From Yuukianura sp. NJ FZ-2021 (taxonomy: Eukaryota), in NCBI GenBank assembly GCA_046563655.1, contig CM102285.1, forward strand, positions 744,001-808,000: a stretch of 64,000 nt of DNA. Reading direction: 5' to 3'. Position 1 is the stretch's first letter. Every line of letters starts with the position of its first letter. The notes under the pieces were generated by a model. That model did not search any database. It saw only the letters and a program-made list of their open reading frames with translations, and was not told the DNA's origin. A program made the position numbers and the translations under genes. Shown here piece after piece: positions 1 to 14,356 of the stretch.

Positions 1-1047
1 ATGATGTTGAATGCCAGCGAGATTTGATTGCGCAGGCGTACCACGCAGTACACCGAAATGTAAATTGCGAACACTCCACTCAGCTTGAATACTGGAATAT
101 TGATGGTTCCGTAGACAATGTTATGCAGATCGGTCAGGAGTCGCATGACTCTGTATACGGCTGCGCAGTCTGTCAGATTCGGTCGATTCTGCGCAGGCCA
201 TTGCAAACTAAAGTAAAAAAAAATAATCAGTAGTGGGAGTTTTAATTTACGGCTCAAAATATGTTCAAAATTCTCTCACTTACACAAAATTTTCGAGAAC
301 AGAATGGAGAAAAATGCTGTTTTCACACAAATTCAAAAACTTTGAAAACATAAAGAGGCACGTACCAGCATTTGTTGAGCGAAAAAGTTATGACAAACAT
401 GGACGGAATGAAAGTAGCGAACAGAAGAATGACGTCATGCACAAGAACCAATGCCACAACAGTTGCATATGGCACGTAAGCAGTCAATTCCGCCAAATTT
501 AAAATTTCGTACGTCGGAGTTAAATTAACTGCAACGCCGATAAGCAAGGCTGCTGGGTATACTGCTGTAACAAAATGCGTGTAAAGGTACTCACGCAATT
601 TCATATTTTGGTTTTCTCCATACTCGTATTTTTCTATAAAAAATTTGAGCATTTCAAATCTTGGGTTTCAAAAAAGTTGTTAAATTTTATAAAATTGTGT
701 TAAATCTTACGCATGATTGTATTAATCTGAAGGATATTGGCAACAAGATGGACTAGTTGCCTTGAGTGCATAAGAAATCCAAATCGTAGCAAAATTGACA
801 CAATTGAGCCATACATTCCAAACAAAAGTAAAACTAATTTGTCCATTTCTAAATTTTGGATTTTGGACAAAAGAAATAGAATGTTTCCCATTTGAACACA
901 AAGTGCCAAAATATTAAAAATGACAACTTTTAAGTTGGATGTGATTTCTGCAACGAGTCCATTCTGATAAGAAATCGGTCCCAAGTTAAAAATTGTCAAA
1001 ATTTGAAGCGTCTTTTCGAAAAACCGGATTTCCATTAACGACAACAT
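1..1047 (-). CDS. Gustatory/odorant receptor-like multi-pass membrane protein, copy 1 (multi-exon, 3' end beyond window)
   Basis: Hydrophobic exons at ~715-1047, ~355-640 and 1-~205. The last reads ...VYRVMRLLTDLHNIVYGTINIPVFKLSG and is clearly paralogous to the gene at 2057-3934. Confidence 0.65.
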
Positions 1048-1501
1048 TTTGAAACTTTTGCACCTTTACAAAAAATTCAAAATATCCTCTGACATTCCCG
1101 CTCTACGTTTACCTGCAAACTGAAAAGAGAAATTTATTGAATTTTTCCGGAGTAACACATGAGAATGTTTTCTTAAAATTTAAAATTATAGGTTTTGAAT
1201 ATGTCATTTATTACTTAACATTTTTATCATTTTGTAGCACCAGTTTATAATTATATAGAGAGCGGGATGATGCAATTGTAGCCACCAAAATTATGTGGTG
1301 TATATTTAAATAGAATTTAATGTAATTAAAATTTGTTAATTACAAACTAAAAACTTTGGGTCTAGTAGTTAGAAAACGTAATAGGTACTTTACACCCGAT
1401 AACGTGTCAAAAACTGTCACTATCATTATTAGATGCCTCAACTTCGAACTTTAGAGTTCGGACATTAGAACTTGAACCGGGCTGTTTTCCTATGTTGGTT
1501 C

Positions 1502-1727
1502 CAAGGTTGCTATAACCACCAATCTACAACCAGTCTACAAGAGGTTATCCAGTACCTCAGCGTTTCCAAAATCTTACTTCAAACAAATTTCTGCACCAAT
1601 CCCATTTACATTACATGCACAAAGTTACCATAAAAAGTAAAATATTTTTTGTTCCAACAAATTTTAAAACTTCCAGTTACTGGACAACCTGGTGTAGAAA
1701 ATGTTTTTTTTTGGTTTACGAACCTTG
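1502..1727. mobile_element. P-superfamily-like MITE (CAAGG...CCTTG family)
   Basis: Termini CAAGGTT/AACCTTG with a perfect 8-bp direct repeat GTTGGTTC at 1494-1501 and 1728-1735. Confidence 0.8.
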
Positions 1728-2056
1728 GTTGGTTCGAAGTTGGAACTTGACCCAAAAGAGTTGGAACGTCAATATTGGCAAATATCGAGCAATGCAAGAA
1801 TTTCAACCAAAACTAAGGCATATTTGCCAAAACAAAATTTGTTTTAATCCGCTTTAAACCTATTTTTTCAGTTGAAAATGAAGTCAAATACTGGAGAAAA
1901 TGCACTGCAGATTTGAATTGTAATAGCCCGAGACTAATAACTAACGTTGAATTACAAGAGAATTACTAAGCATATTTTTTCTAATCCGTACTATATTGAC
2001 CTTGGGATTTTAAATTTTAACCCCCCGCCCAGATGAGCATGTTGGGCAACCGCTAA

Positions 2057-3934
2057 TTACTGTGTTCCCATAAGCACAAATGCAATTCCGCGTACAATGT
2101 TGTCCATCAAGGTCAACTTGGCTTCTGCTTCCATGTGATAAAATCCGCCAATCTGACATTTCAGAACTGGTTGACTCTTGACCACTCTACGCAGATATTC
2201 GCGTTTTTCGCGTAAGTAGAAGCGAGTCTCCAAGGCGACTGATGCATTTCGCCGGAAATTTACACTTGTGTTGTACACTGTGGACGTCATGATTGCTCCA
2301 GAAGGAACAACGATCAATGTAAAACCAAAGAACAAAATAAATACGATGTAAAAAAATGGTGCGATTCGATTGCGCAAACGTACAATACAGTACGTCGCAA
2401 TGGAAAATGAAGCAAACCCTCCCAACTTGACTGTTGGAATGAAAAGTGAACCGTAGACGATGTTGTGCAAGTCTGTCCACACACGCATGATGTTGTACAT
2501 TTTTATAGAGTCCAGAATCGCCAGTTGCTTCTGCGTAGAGTGAATTTGCAAATCCGCAGTCGCGTGTAAAAATTTTAACGGCCACTCCAAGCTTAACAAA
2601 AATTACACGTTGAGGTTAGATATAACAAATATACAATTTATATAATGTATAATTTATATTGCCTGAGTATATTCCAAGCATGTACCAGCACGTAAGCTAG
2701 CAATACTACTGTATTGTATTGCTTCAATTTCACACACAAAATGAAAAGTGTGAACTTTCAAAAGAAAGTTCAAACTTTCGAACTTTTTAACATGCAAAAG
2801 GCAATGTGCAGTAAAAAAAGTTGGTGAGGTGATCAATTTAGCGATGTACATATGAAATCCTTTCATTTAACACGTTAAACAATATGTCCTGTTTTCAAAA
2901 AATCTTGAGTCAAACAATTTTTTCTATCTTTTTTGTTTTCTACCTTTTAGTCTCTTTCTACTTTGAATTTACCAATTCAAAAGCCATGGCTCCAAATTTT
3001 TTAATTCCTTTTACCATATCCAACCGCGATCAAAACTAGGTAAATTCAGTATTTTTCAACTCACGTTATTGCCTAACCTGTTAAAGAAAAATTATTTCTT
3101 TGTCTATCCACCTTGCATTAACCAGCTTACATGCCAGAATAACCTTTTTATGATGAATACACATACCAGCATTTTTGGAGCCAGAACGTTATGACAAACA
3201 TGGACGGAACAAATGTTGCCATCAAAAGGGTTGTGTCATGGGCAAAGTACATTATGGCGAAGAGCACGCATGGTCCGTAGAAGCCAAGTTCTTTTGCATT
3301 CAAAATTTCGAAGCTTGGAACTAAATTTGCTGCCACGATTGCAAGCATAGTCGGTGGCAACATGGCAACAAAGGTGATAAATAAATATTCCCGTCCTTTG
3401 CTTTTTTGTTCCTCTCCAAATTTGTATTTTCCTTAAAAAAACATGATTGTGAAAATTCAAAAAAATGTGAGTAAGCATTGACTTACTCATGAACATGAGA
3501 TGTTTGAAAAACCCTGAGTTATTGGACAACCTGTTGTAGGAAATACAATTCGGTTGTCAAGGAACCTTGGACTTACTCATGAACATGTTGACTTGAAGAA
3601 GGTTGTTCGTCAGACTAACAAGGTCCGTGGAGTAGCGAAGTACAGCAATTCGCAACATAATTCCAGCAAATCCCGCAAATAGTGGAAATGAAAGAATAAT
3701 GCGTTTTTGGATTTCGGAATTTTTAATTTGTTGCAAGAAAAACAAAGTGTTAGAAATTTGTATTGAAAATACCAACACGTTGCACATCAAATTCTTCATG
3801 TTTGGTACAACCTTCATTACTTTGTTGTCACGATATTCAATTGGGCCAATATTAAAAGCGCTAACAATTTGAAGCACTTTTTTCAAAATACTGACCTCAA
3901 TTGACGAAAGCATGGTTTTAAATTTTTGAAACAA
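2057..3934 (-). CDS. Gustatory/odorant receptor-like multi-pass membrane protein, copy 2
   Basis: Exons at ~3578-3934, ~3165-3430 and 2057-~2595 encode multiple TM segments. The C-terminus PVLKCQIGGFYHMEAEAKLTLMDNIVRGIAFVLM resembles the GR/OR TM7 region. Confidence 0.65.
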
Positions 3935-5229
3935 AGATTTTAGTTTTTGTTATTTTCAAATGCTTCGTGAGGCAATCCGAACACTTCTGTCAAATTCAAA
4001 ATCATCGTCGTCTTTTTCTCGTTCAAAAAAGAACAAAAACATGTTTTTTTGAACATGTTCTTCTTTTTCTAAATTTTTTCCAATTCCATAATTTCCATGT
4101 TGAATGCCAGAAATAAGTTTTATAACGCACACTTAAATTTTAAATTACACAAAATTAGGAGGAAATTTAATTGGGAAGGTGAGAAACTCTGAATTAAACA
4201 TTCAAAAAATTCAGAATATGGTAAGAAACCGCCAATTTTGTAATCTGAGGAAGGTGTTTTTTTCGAAATAATGTTTGAAGTTGTTTTTTTTAATGTGTTA
4301 CTACTACAATCAAGAACTTTCAGCCGAGGTCACTAGTCTAGTCGGGTTTTAGAACTCCTTTTTTCAAAATTTTCCAAAAGTTCTTTCTTTTTTTCTTTTT
4401 CTTTTTTTTTAGTTAGCTAAATCTGAGTTATGGGATAACCTGTTACGGCATTTGTACAAAAAGCTGTAGCAACCTTGCTCTAGGCGGACTCAAAGGTTTT
4501 TCAAAAAACGAATTTGAAAACAACTAGTCCAAAGTTTTAGTTTCCAAAAGGATACTCTTTATCATATTAATATAAGGATACTAAATATAAGGATAATGAT
4601 ACTCTTTTGAATTTGGAAATTTCCGTTTTTTTCAGAAAACGAATTTCGAGTGATGACAACTTTATTTAAAAAATTTGACTTTTCTTTTTCAAAAGAAAAC
4701 TGAAAACTTTATTTTTCAAAGAAAATTCTAATTTGCATAATAATTAAGATTTGTTTTTTCTACGAACTGCTGCAGGCTGTTGCAATGAAAAGTGCTTTTA
4801 GGACTTGACCGAGCTTTTTGTTGTGAATTTTTTTTTCTACAAAGTTTAAATTCTCGGTTCCACACTTTTCTTGTTGTAAATCACAATTAATTTCACACCT
4901 AGAACCAAATTATTCTCCGATTGCATATTTCTGGAAAAGAACCCAGTTATTCAAAAAATGTATTCGTATACAATCCTACTACAATTTTTGAAATTCCCAA
5001 ACAGGAAAAAGAAACTTTGCTTACAGAAACCTCCAATTAAATAAATTATTTTATGGTTATGGTCCTCAGAATCAATACATTTTTTTCTCCAATCCTGTTT
5101 TTGCTGGTCCGCTAAAGTTGTGGACGTCATTAGATTGTCGTAGCCAACCTAATGAAAAACGTTTTCGACTATTGATTGCTTGCGTTAATCGATTAATCGT
5201 TACTAGACTACAAACAGAATATGTTCCCC

Positions 5230-6498
5230 TTACGCTTCAATTTCATTGAAAATGTTTTCGTTTTCTGCAGTGGGTTTGTAGGTTCGAAGATACTGCCAAA
5301 GTGAACCTATGGCCAGAGGACGTTCCTTTACGACACGGCAAAGTTTTTCAAGGTCGTCGGAGAATCGTATGTCACTGAAGGTGTAGAATGATAGACGAAC
5401 ATTGCAGATACTGCTGGCAAGTATTTGTAAAAGTGCTTTCAAGTACTTGTTTCCACAGAATGCTCCGCAGCCCCAATTGCCAGTATCCAGGATTGAACCA
5501 GTTGGAAGTGCTGAGAATCCACAGATTAGTTTGCAAAGGTCCCTTGAAAGATGATTTTCATGAAATTGGATTCGAGTGGGATCTGGATAAGAGCTGTAGT
5601 CCGTTGCATCCAGAGCTACCAGGATTCGGTCATTCCTGGACGGATCTTCTGGAAGTAATCGCTGGAACTTCAAGGTCGATCCATATCCATCGAATTGGCC
5701 AACTTTACGAGCTCCTTTGATTAGAATTGCATCGTTGTCCAACATCGTATCACAAAATAGCATGGCAATACAAAGTTCCGGACTTGATCCAAAGACTATC
5801 TCTTCCTGTGTCCCATACGTTCCGAATCCAATGTCCTTATTAGCAAAGTCCATTTCAATCGTCGAAGTGTCACCAATCTTTCCTTGAGGATAGACCATCG
5901 GAGTAGATATGCTATCAGTGGAATGCTGGATCTTAGCCAGAGCCTCTCCAGTGTCAATTTGAACTCTGCGAAACGTTACTGTTTCGTTCCAGAATTCTGT
6001 CGCAGTTTCACCATTTCCGAGTTCCATTGCTTGCTGAAAGTAGCCGACGAGACATCGAAGGTATGTAGCAGCACATCTTCTTCCGTCAGTCAACCAATTT
6101 TCGAATGTGACCCAGTATTTTGACCATGACCCAGTACGTTGACTTGAGTTGTGGAATGTACACAAGAACATGTGGGACAAAAGAACCAGTATGTCTCGTC
6201 TGCTGAAGATGGCAACCGGAGTGTTACTATTGAGACGCTTGATGACACCGGAAGGAAAGCAGTGACGGAGTTCAAGGGCCTGTTGACAGATGCAATTGAA
6301 AATGGCCAGAAGTTGTGTCGTGGACATTACTGTACGAAGTTCTTCAATCGTCCGGAACTCAGCGGAAGCAGGTAGATTCGAATTGATGAAATCGTAGAAT
6401 TGTTCAAGCGTTTCGAATGGTCCATTTTCCAGTTTGGACTTCAAAGACATCCAACCATCTCCGTCGTAGTCAAACAGCTGATACTCAGTCATCGTCAA
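5230..6498 (-). CDS. PARG: Poly(ADP-ribose) glycohydrolase catalytic-domain protein
   Basis: 422-aa uninterrupted ORF with PARG motifs DFAN, TQEEI.F...PEL, GA.....GY and TGNWGCGAF.G. Confidence 0.9.
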   Translation of the reverse strand: MTMTEYQLFDYDGDGWMSLKSKLENGPFETLEQFYDFINSNLPASAEFRTIEELRTVMSTTQLLAIFNCICQQALELRHCFPSGVIKRLNSNTPVAIFSRRDILVLLSHMFLCTFHNSSQRTGSWSKYWVTFENWLTDGRRCAATYLRCLVGYFQQAMELGNGETATEFWNETVTFRRVQIDTGEALAKIQHSTDSISTPMVYPQGKIGDTSTIEMDFANKDIGFGTYGTQEEIVFGSSPELCIAMLFCDTMLDNDAILIKGARKVGQFDGYGSTLKFQRLLPEDPSRNDRILVALDATDYSSYPDPTRIQFHENHLSRDLCKLICGFSALPTGSILDTGNWGCGAFCGNKYLKALLQILASSICNVRLSFYTFSDIRFSDDLEKLCRVVKERPLAIGSLWQYLRTYKPTAENENIFNEIEA

Positions 6499-7159
6499 TT
6501 CGCAAAGGAAACGTCAGAGGATCGATCACCTTATTTATCTAAAACAGAGAAAACATTTACATTAATCGATTTATCACCGCTTAAGTTTACTAAATGAAAT
6601 GAGAATGACAAACCCTGCTTTTGTTTTGGTACCGGCTCGCTCTGACATCCAAAACAATCCAACCGCCGTCTAGCCTTCAAAAACATTCACGTGTTTTACA
6701 CATTGTAATTTGGTATCCAGCTCTGGTTGAAGTACACTTTTGCTATACCGATTTTAACCCAAACGACGTAAACCGGGTGAAATCAATTTATTTCACCGAT
6801 TACATAAATGGAATTAACATGCAACTCGTACAATTTTGGGATTTGACATGTGAAATACAAAAGTTGTACGAGTTCCAAGCGTAACGTTAGAGTAACAGTA
6901 GTTTATTTATTTAGAAATTTAGGTACTAATAGAATTAACTTATTTGAAGTTACATGCTGGAAAACATCTAATACTTTAACACATTTAAGCTTTGACCTTC
7001 GACTGCTGGGCTGGAGACTCTGGATTTATAAATTCTGGGGCTAAAATAAATTGGATTTAGAGTAAACGAAGCACTGCTTTTAAGATGAAGTTAGAAACTA
7101 TAAATACACTGATTAGATGAAATATACAGATTTTTTTTTTCATTGTGAGAAATACATTT

Positions 7160-7939
7160 TTAGACGACCCGACGAACTTCAAAGAATCTCTTCAAGTAGT
7201 ACACTTGTCCTACGGTCATTGCTACGAGCACAACGGCTTCAAAGAAGGACCACATGACAACACGAGAGTTTGTGGACTCGTTGATTTTCCGATGAATTTT
7301 GTCTCTGACTTCCATGTACTCTTGTTCATGCTTCACACCCACCAAGGCCGACGACAGCTCCTTTATCATTTCCGTAAGCTTATTGGAGTGACCTGGGTAA
7401 AAAACAGAAGCACTCCTAGTTAATTTCCATGTGAATTGACTTGTTTTAAGCGAAACAATTTGTGATGGGTCAATTTCATACCATCTTCATCTTTAGTTGG
7501 TTCATGGACTTCGCCAATTTCCATAGTGAACATGACTCCTTTGGGTGTCATCGTTGACATCTTATTACTAAAGCAGTAAGTGTAGGTTCCGGTCCTTGCA
7601 GCAGCAAAAGTAACTTTACCGTTACTCTCCCGCTCTCGTTTGATAATTTCTTCATTGTCCGGGCCATGGACACGCACATCAATATCCAGAAATCCGCCTT
7701 CGATGACCTCGAACGTCAATCCTAGGAAGATTATCTGGTCAATCAGTAATTAATCACGACTAAATAAAGCTTAAAAACTTACCTATAAGGGCTAACTTAC
7801 CCATCTTGGTTCCATTCTGAACCTTATCGAAGAAACACTCCTCGGCATGAGCATCTACGTTAATAAAATACGGAAGGCATTGATGAATGGTGACAAACAA
7901 GACGAAAAGTCCAAGTGCTACGCAGTTCCTAAAAGCCAT
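7160..7939 (-). CDS. TMED2: p24/emp24 family transmembrane trafficking protein (TMED2-like)
   Basis: Signal peptide followed by [14 protein letters not shown], a GOLD domain ([23 protein letters not shown]) and C-terminal [13 protein letters not shown]. Three exons. Confidence 0.93.
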
Positions 7940-8366
7940 TTCGGTCTAAGTACTTCAGTATCCCTGGATCGTGACGGGTCAAAGGGTCAAACACGGTCGG
8001 TCGGTCCGTTCTCCTAGAAATAAAACAAAAATACATATCTTTCAAAAATCAACTCCAATCTTTCTGCGTTAATACTTTCGAATTCAATGAAGTTAATTAA
8101 CTTTAACTGATTACAAATTTAGATTAAAAGCACTACCGGCAGACGTGTATCGATCGAGTGATAAGTGTAAAAAGATTAAACTAAAGCAGCTGATCTCCTT
8201 TGCTTAGCCGGTGACACGGCAGATTCAAGTAAATTGAAACACTATTACCAGTGACTTTTGAATACACTATAACTAATTAATCAATTAACTATATTTAGTT
8301 GACTTTACCTTATTGAAATGTTGTGTCTGACGTGGACTTTACAATCTGTCATCTGTTTTTACATTA

Positions 8367-9697
8367 AGCCCGGTTTACAGGACAGAGTTTTGCCTAGGCA
8401 ATACACGCATGCTAGCAAAATCGGTCATTTTGCCATGCGCGTGTTTGAGATTTTGCCACGCAGTTTACACCTTACACGCTTTTGGTAGCCAAAACCTTTG
8501 CCTACGCAAAAAAACACTTCTTTTTGCTAGCAAAATCGAGAAACTACCCGGACATTATTTTTGGCTAGGCAAAGCAAAATCACCCTGCAAAATTTGTAAA
8601 TTTTAAAATTGAGCCAATAATTAAAGTGTTGTTTTTGCTGATTAAATAATAAGATAGAAGTGAACTACTATATAGAACAGAAAGAAGTGAACTATTGAAG
8701 AATAGAAAGAAGTGAACTACTGTAGAATAGAAGTTTGGACAGTTTCTGAAGTTCGTCGATTATTATTCCTTCATTATTCCTGTGCAGTGGTTCTCAACAA
8801 TTGGCCTTGGAATCAGTGGCAAGGATATCCAAATCGGGTGAGTAAGCACAAAAGCATAGCTCTAGTCTTTTAACCGAAGATACTTATAGCATACAATAGG
8901 TTAGTAGTTACTTATCACCGACTAATCCAGGTGCATATTATGTACCGAGACCTCATTTGTTGATTTATGTTCTTATTTTCTAACCTATAATTGTTTTGCA
9001 GAACCTGATTGCAAGCGTGCCTGGATGCGTCAATGCCGGTGATATCGGAACAAGTCCAAGAAGAAGAAGGAGGGTAAATTCAGTGAACCGGCCGAACTGG
9101 ACGACTAGACTTAAGGAACGGATGACAATGACGATACTACTTACTTATATGAGCAAGAACTTTTCCAGAATTTTTTTTTTAAACTTTGGCATCTGCATCT
9201 GATCCTGGACTATCCACACAACAGAACGCTCCAATTCTACTTCTAGTCCAGTTTCCGCTTTTGTAAGTGAACACAGCGTGCTAGTATTACATAGGTTAGA
9301 TAATTAAAGTTGTTTGTAACTTTAATTAGGCATCAATGTAATCTAAATTCTATTTTTAGTAAACGTAATCTAACCTACACTTAATCTAAATACGTAATTA
9401 ACAAAAGTAATTAAAGGATTATGATTCTCGACTCAGCATTATGTTTTTATGGTACTTTTAAACTCATTCCGGTTATTTCTCGTTAAGAATCCAATTGTAC
9501 AGTACTTTCACAATCTCATTTTGCCATCCAGAACCATATGTTGGCAAACTCCTGTAAACTGGATAGCAAAGACCCTGGCAAAACGGGCTAGCATTTTCGG
9601 TTTTGCACACCGTTTTGCCAGCGTGTGTTTGGCTAGGCAAAATGAATTTTTTTTTGCCAGGTCTATTTTTTTGCTAGGCTGTCCTGTAACCGGGGCT
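8367..9697. mobile_element. Non-autonomous PIF/Harbinger-like element
   Basis: 19-bp TIRs (AGCCCGGTTTACAGGACAG vs AGCCCCGGTTACAGGACAG, 2 mismatches), TTA on both flanks, subterminal GCTAGGCAAA-like repeats and no transposase. Confidence 0.8.
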
Positions 9698-11733
9698 TTA
9701 GAAAAGAGCTGCATGTAGCATGTGTGAACTCTAACTTTTTTCATCTTTCTCGCTTGAAGTGGACAAGCGTTGTCCACAATGTACCCATCATAAATAACAC
9801 GTTACTTTTGCTAAGGAGATTGTTTAGTTTAGTCACCGGTGTTTTGTTATCTTAACAATTCAAATACTTATATGCTATTTGTTTAAATTAAGTTTAACTT
9901 AAATGCTATAGCTTTGTGCATTAATTACAGTTTTATTTTAGCTCGGAAAAGGTTTTTTTTTATTATTAAATTAAGTTGTCGTCACCGGACACTATTGCAC
10001 GGACAATACCGCACACATTATATTCCACAATTCCCTATATCGTTAAGAGTTACTAATTCCATGTATTGGTGTTGATAATCAAGCAATTTAGCCATCGTAC
10101 GGTCCATAAGTATCCGTACATGACATGCCGGAATTGAATTTTGTGTAGATTTCATGAAATGTCTATTTTCGTTTTTGATTTGTTAATATTCTCAAAAACA
10201 TAAAAAAAAGTCATGCATCGCCTTTTATGTTGATTAATATGACATTTCTGGATAAAGATTTTTCGAAAGTGAAAAGATGCGATGAAGTAATCTCTTATTT
10301 CCTTAAAATCTATTCAAAACTTTCCCTTTTTAAAAAATTCGAGAGGCACATCATCTCGGAGAGCAAAATTCAGTAAATGAAAATTCAAAATTGTTTTCTC
10401 CTTTGTTCCATTTTTTAGAACTCTGAAGAGGCAGAATTAATCAAGTCCATGAAATGTGTTTGTGTTTTAAAATGTTGAAAAGTGATTTCCAAACAATAGG
10501 AAGTTGAAATGGAATTGAACAACCTCATCTGTCTCATATTCTAACAATGGGATGATGATGATGATGGGAAATGAATGAGATTGACTCTGGAAAAGGAAGA
10601 TGAACACAACAGTTATTTCAAAACATTCAATTTTCGGAGAGCGGGAACATTTGTTTTTCTGTACAAATCATGAAGAACAAAAAATAGAAAGCGCTTTCCC
10701 CGCGTATTTCGCTCTTTTGTTCTCTCCGTCCGCAGCTTTCCCTCTTAATCTCACTGATTAATTTGAACCTCTCTTTTCTTTCTAAACTTTCAAAAAAAAG
10801 TTCAACCTAACACAAACCTAATGTAAATGTAGCCCCAACCTAACAAAAACCGATGAAACAAAGAAAAAGGACTAATTTGAGTATGTTTTGTTTTATTTAG
10901 TGTAGATTACGTTATGTATACAACAGTTATGCACACAAACACAATTACATAAACAAAATTTGTAATTGCAAAATAAAAGTGTCTATGAAATTCGGTGTTT
11001 ATGTAATGGTCTCCACGGTTTTGGTGTAATTTGTTTGAAGTTTTTGGTGTTGATGTAACATGCTGCTGAACTAATTTAGTTTACTTGAGTGGTTGAATGT
11101 TTTTTTTTTTTAGTGAGCGGGGTTGGTTTTAATTAGAGCGAAAGTTAATTTCTTAAGACATCCAAGAAATGCTTGTGTGGTTTTTGGTTCTTGATGTAAT
11201 TTTCTCTTTCGTTTTCTTTTCAGGTTGCTCAAAGATGAAAAACCCGCTAAATTCAGTATTCGTTTGAAGTTTGTTCAACCTGAAAAGAGGAAAAGAAAAG
11301 CGGTTGGGCCTTCTTGATTCTTATTTTATCAATTCAATTCATCAATTTTCGGTTCAAAAGATGCTGTTTTGGCAGCACAACCATCAAAGGAACACAAACT
11401 CTATTTGAATTTTCCCGCTTTCATTCAATTCAAAGTAAAAGTAATTTTCCAAATGCGTTCTGCATCTTCTGCAGAGTGCGGCGTACAACTTGAAATTTCT
11501 TTTCGTCTGTCTCTTTAATCCAATTTTGCTCAGCAACAACAAAAAAAGACAAAAAGAAACCAGAATTTCCAAAATCCTTCGATTGAATTTTTTTTTCAAA
11601 ATTTTAATTTTCATCTATACTATTTTTGGGTTACTTTAGAACAGGTTAGCACATAAGTACGACTGCAAAACTTACACTAAAAACAACACAAAAACGTAAG
11701 AGATTTTTTTTCAGTTTTTTAACAAAACTTTCA

Positions 11734-12886
<1,153 letters not shown>

Positions 12887-14356
12887 GACTTTTTTCCGCT
12901 CTTTTTCAAAACCTTGTTTTTCTTTAAAGTTTTTATTTTATAAAATTTTGGCGCTGTTTGAAGTCACTTTTCAAAATGATCTTAGCAGACCATTGCTGCT
13001 GCTGCTGCTTTTAAACAAGTTGATGTTCTAAAAAAAAACCTTTTTTTGAACCGAAAGCGGGTAGTTGGCATGCGGGTATTTTCGGAAGAGGAGGCGGGAA
13101 GAGGGGTGGCTTCATTCATAGTAATCGGATCCCATTGGTTCATTTGTTCAAATAAACCAAAGTTCTATCAAAAAACATCAGAATAAAAAAAAATTGAAAT
13201 TGAAAAATAATTTCACCAAAAACAAAAAAAAATTAAAAAATTCATTGCGTTCGGGGTCAACATTTTTGGATTTGACGCTCATTGTTTCCTTCTCTGTGCA
13301 ATGTCACGTTTCCCAAGAACAATGCACTTTAGCTGTGATTGGCAGCGGAACTATGGTGCTAGTCTAAAATTTCCTCCCATGTACATGCTACGCCACGTTA
13401 ATTTTAGAACACTCATGAACGGAATTTACCGAACACGGATTTCCATATGAGCTCAACACATAGCCTAGGAAACATTTATCACTAAAGAATCTAAAAAAGA
13501 AACTTTCCAGAGTTCTAAACGTACGTAAACTGCCGTCCAAGGACGTCATAAGACACAAGAATCCGTCCATAACTGTACGATCAGGGTAGTAACTGCATAG
13601 ATTTAGTTATTCGCAACTTAGCATCAGTTTTAACAAAAGCAGTTGATCAAACACAGCATGAAATTTTAGCCACCAAATACAAGTCGTCTGTTTTACAATT
13701 TTTTGCTTTTAGTTGTAGTTTCAAATTTCACTTCATTTGATTTTATTTTGTTGGACGAAAAATATGAGCAAATTTTAACAAAATTTAAAAAAAAATTACT
13801 TTTTAACAAATCTTGTTTTTCCAATTGCTGTAGACATTTAAAAAAAAAATAATTTATAGTATTATTATATTACAGTTGAACCTGTCTGACTTTCAAAACG
13901 AGAGGGTTTACTGTAAATTGACAAAAATTATTTTCAAAAGTTCAAAAAACATAAGTGGCAGTTCTTGTTGTTTTTTTTTGTGTGTGACAATTTCATGCTT
14001 GTGAATAATCATGACAAGTCGTCGTCATGTACTGTACTTGTGTTTCATAGGGGCCGGTGTACTTACAATCTCAGTTCATTTGTATTACACTTCAGGTATT
14101 TTGAGCTTACAATTCAAAATTTTGAAACTAAAAAAGTTGCTAACTTTCGTTTTTGAAATATACAAAAAAAATAGGTTTTGAAGTGGTCAAGGTCATAAGA
14201 GGGTTGTCACTTCCGTTCTTGCAGTCACTAGAGTCAGAAGTTATTGACCTCAAAATGTACACTGAATTGCCCCAAGCCCTCAACTTCGTAAGTTTTTTGC
14301 ACGTTGGTTCAAATTTTCAGTTTCAAAATTTCAAAATTGTACAAATCCTTGTTAGA

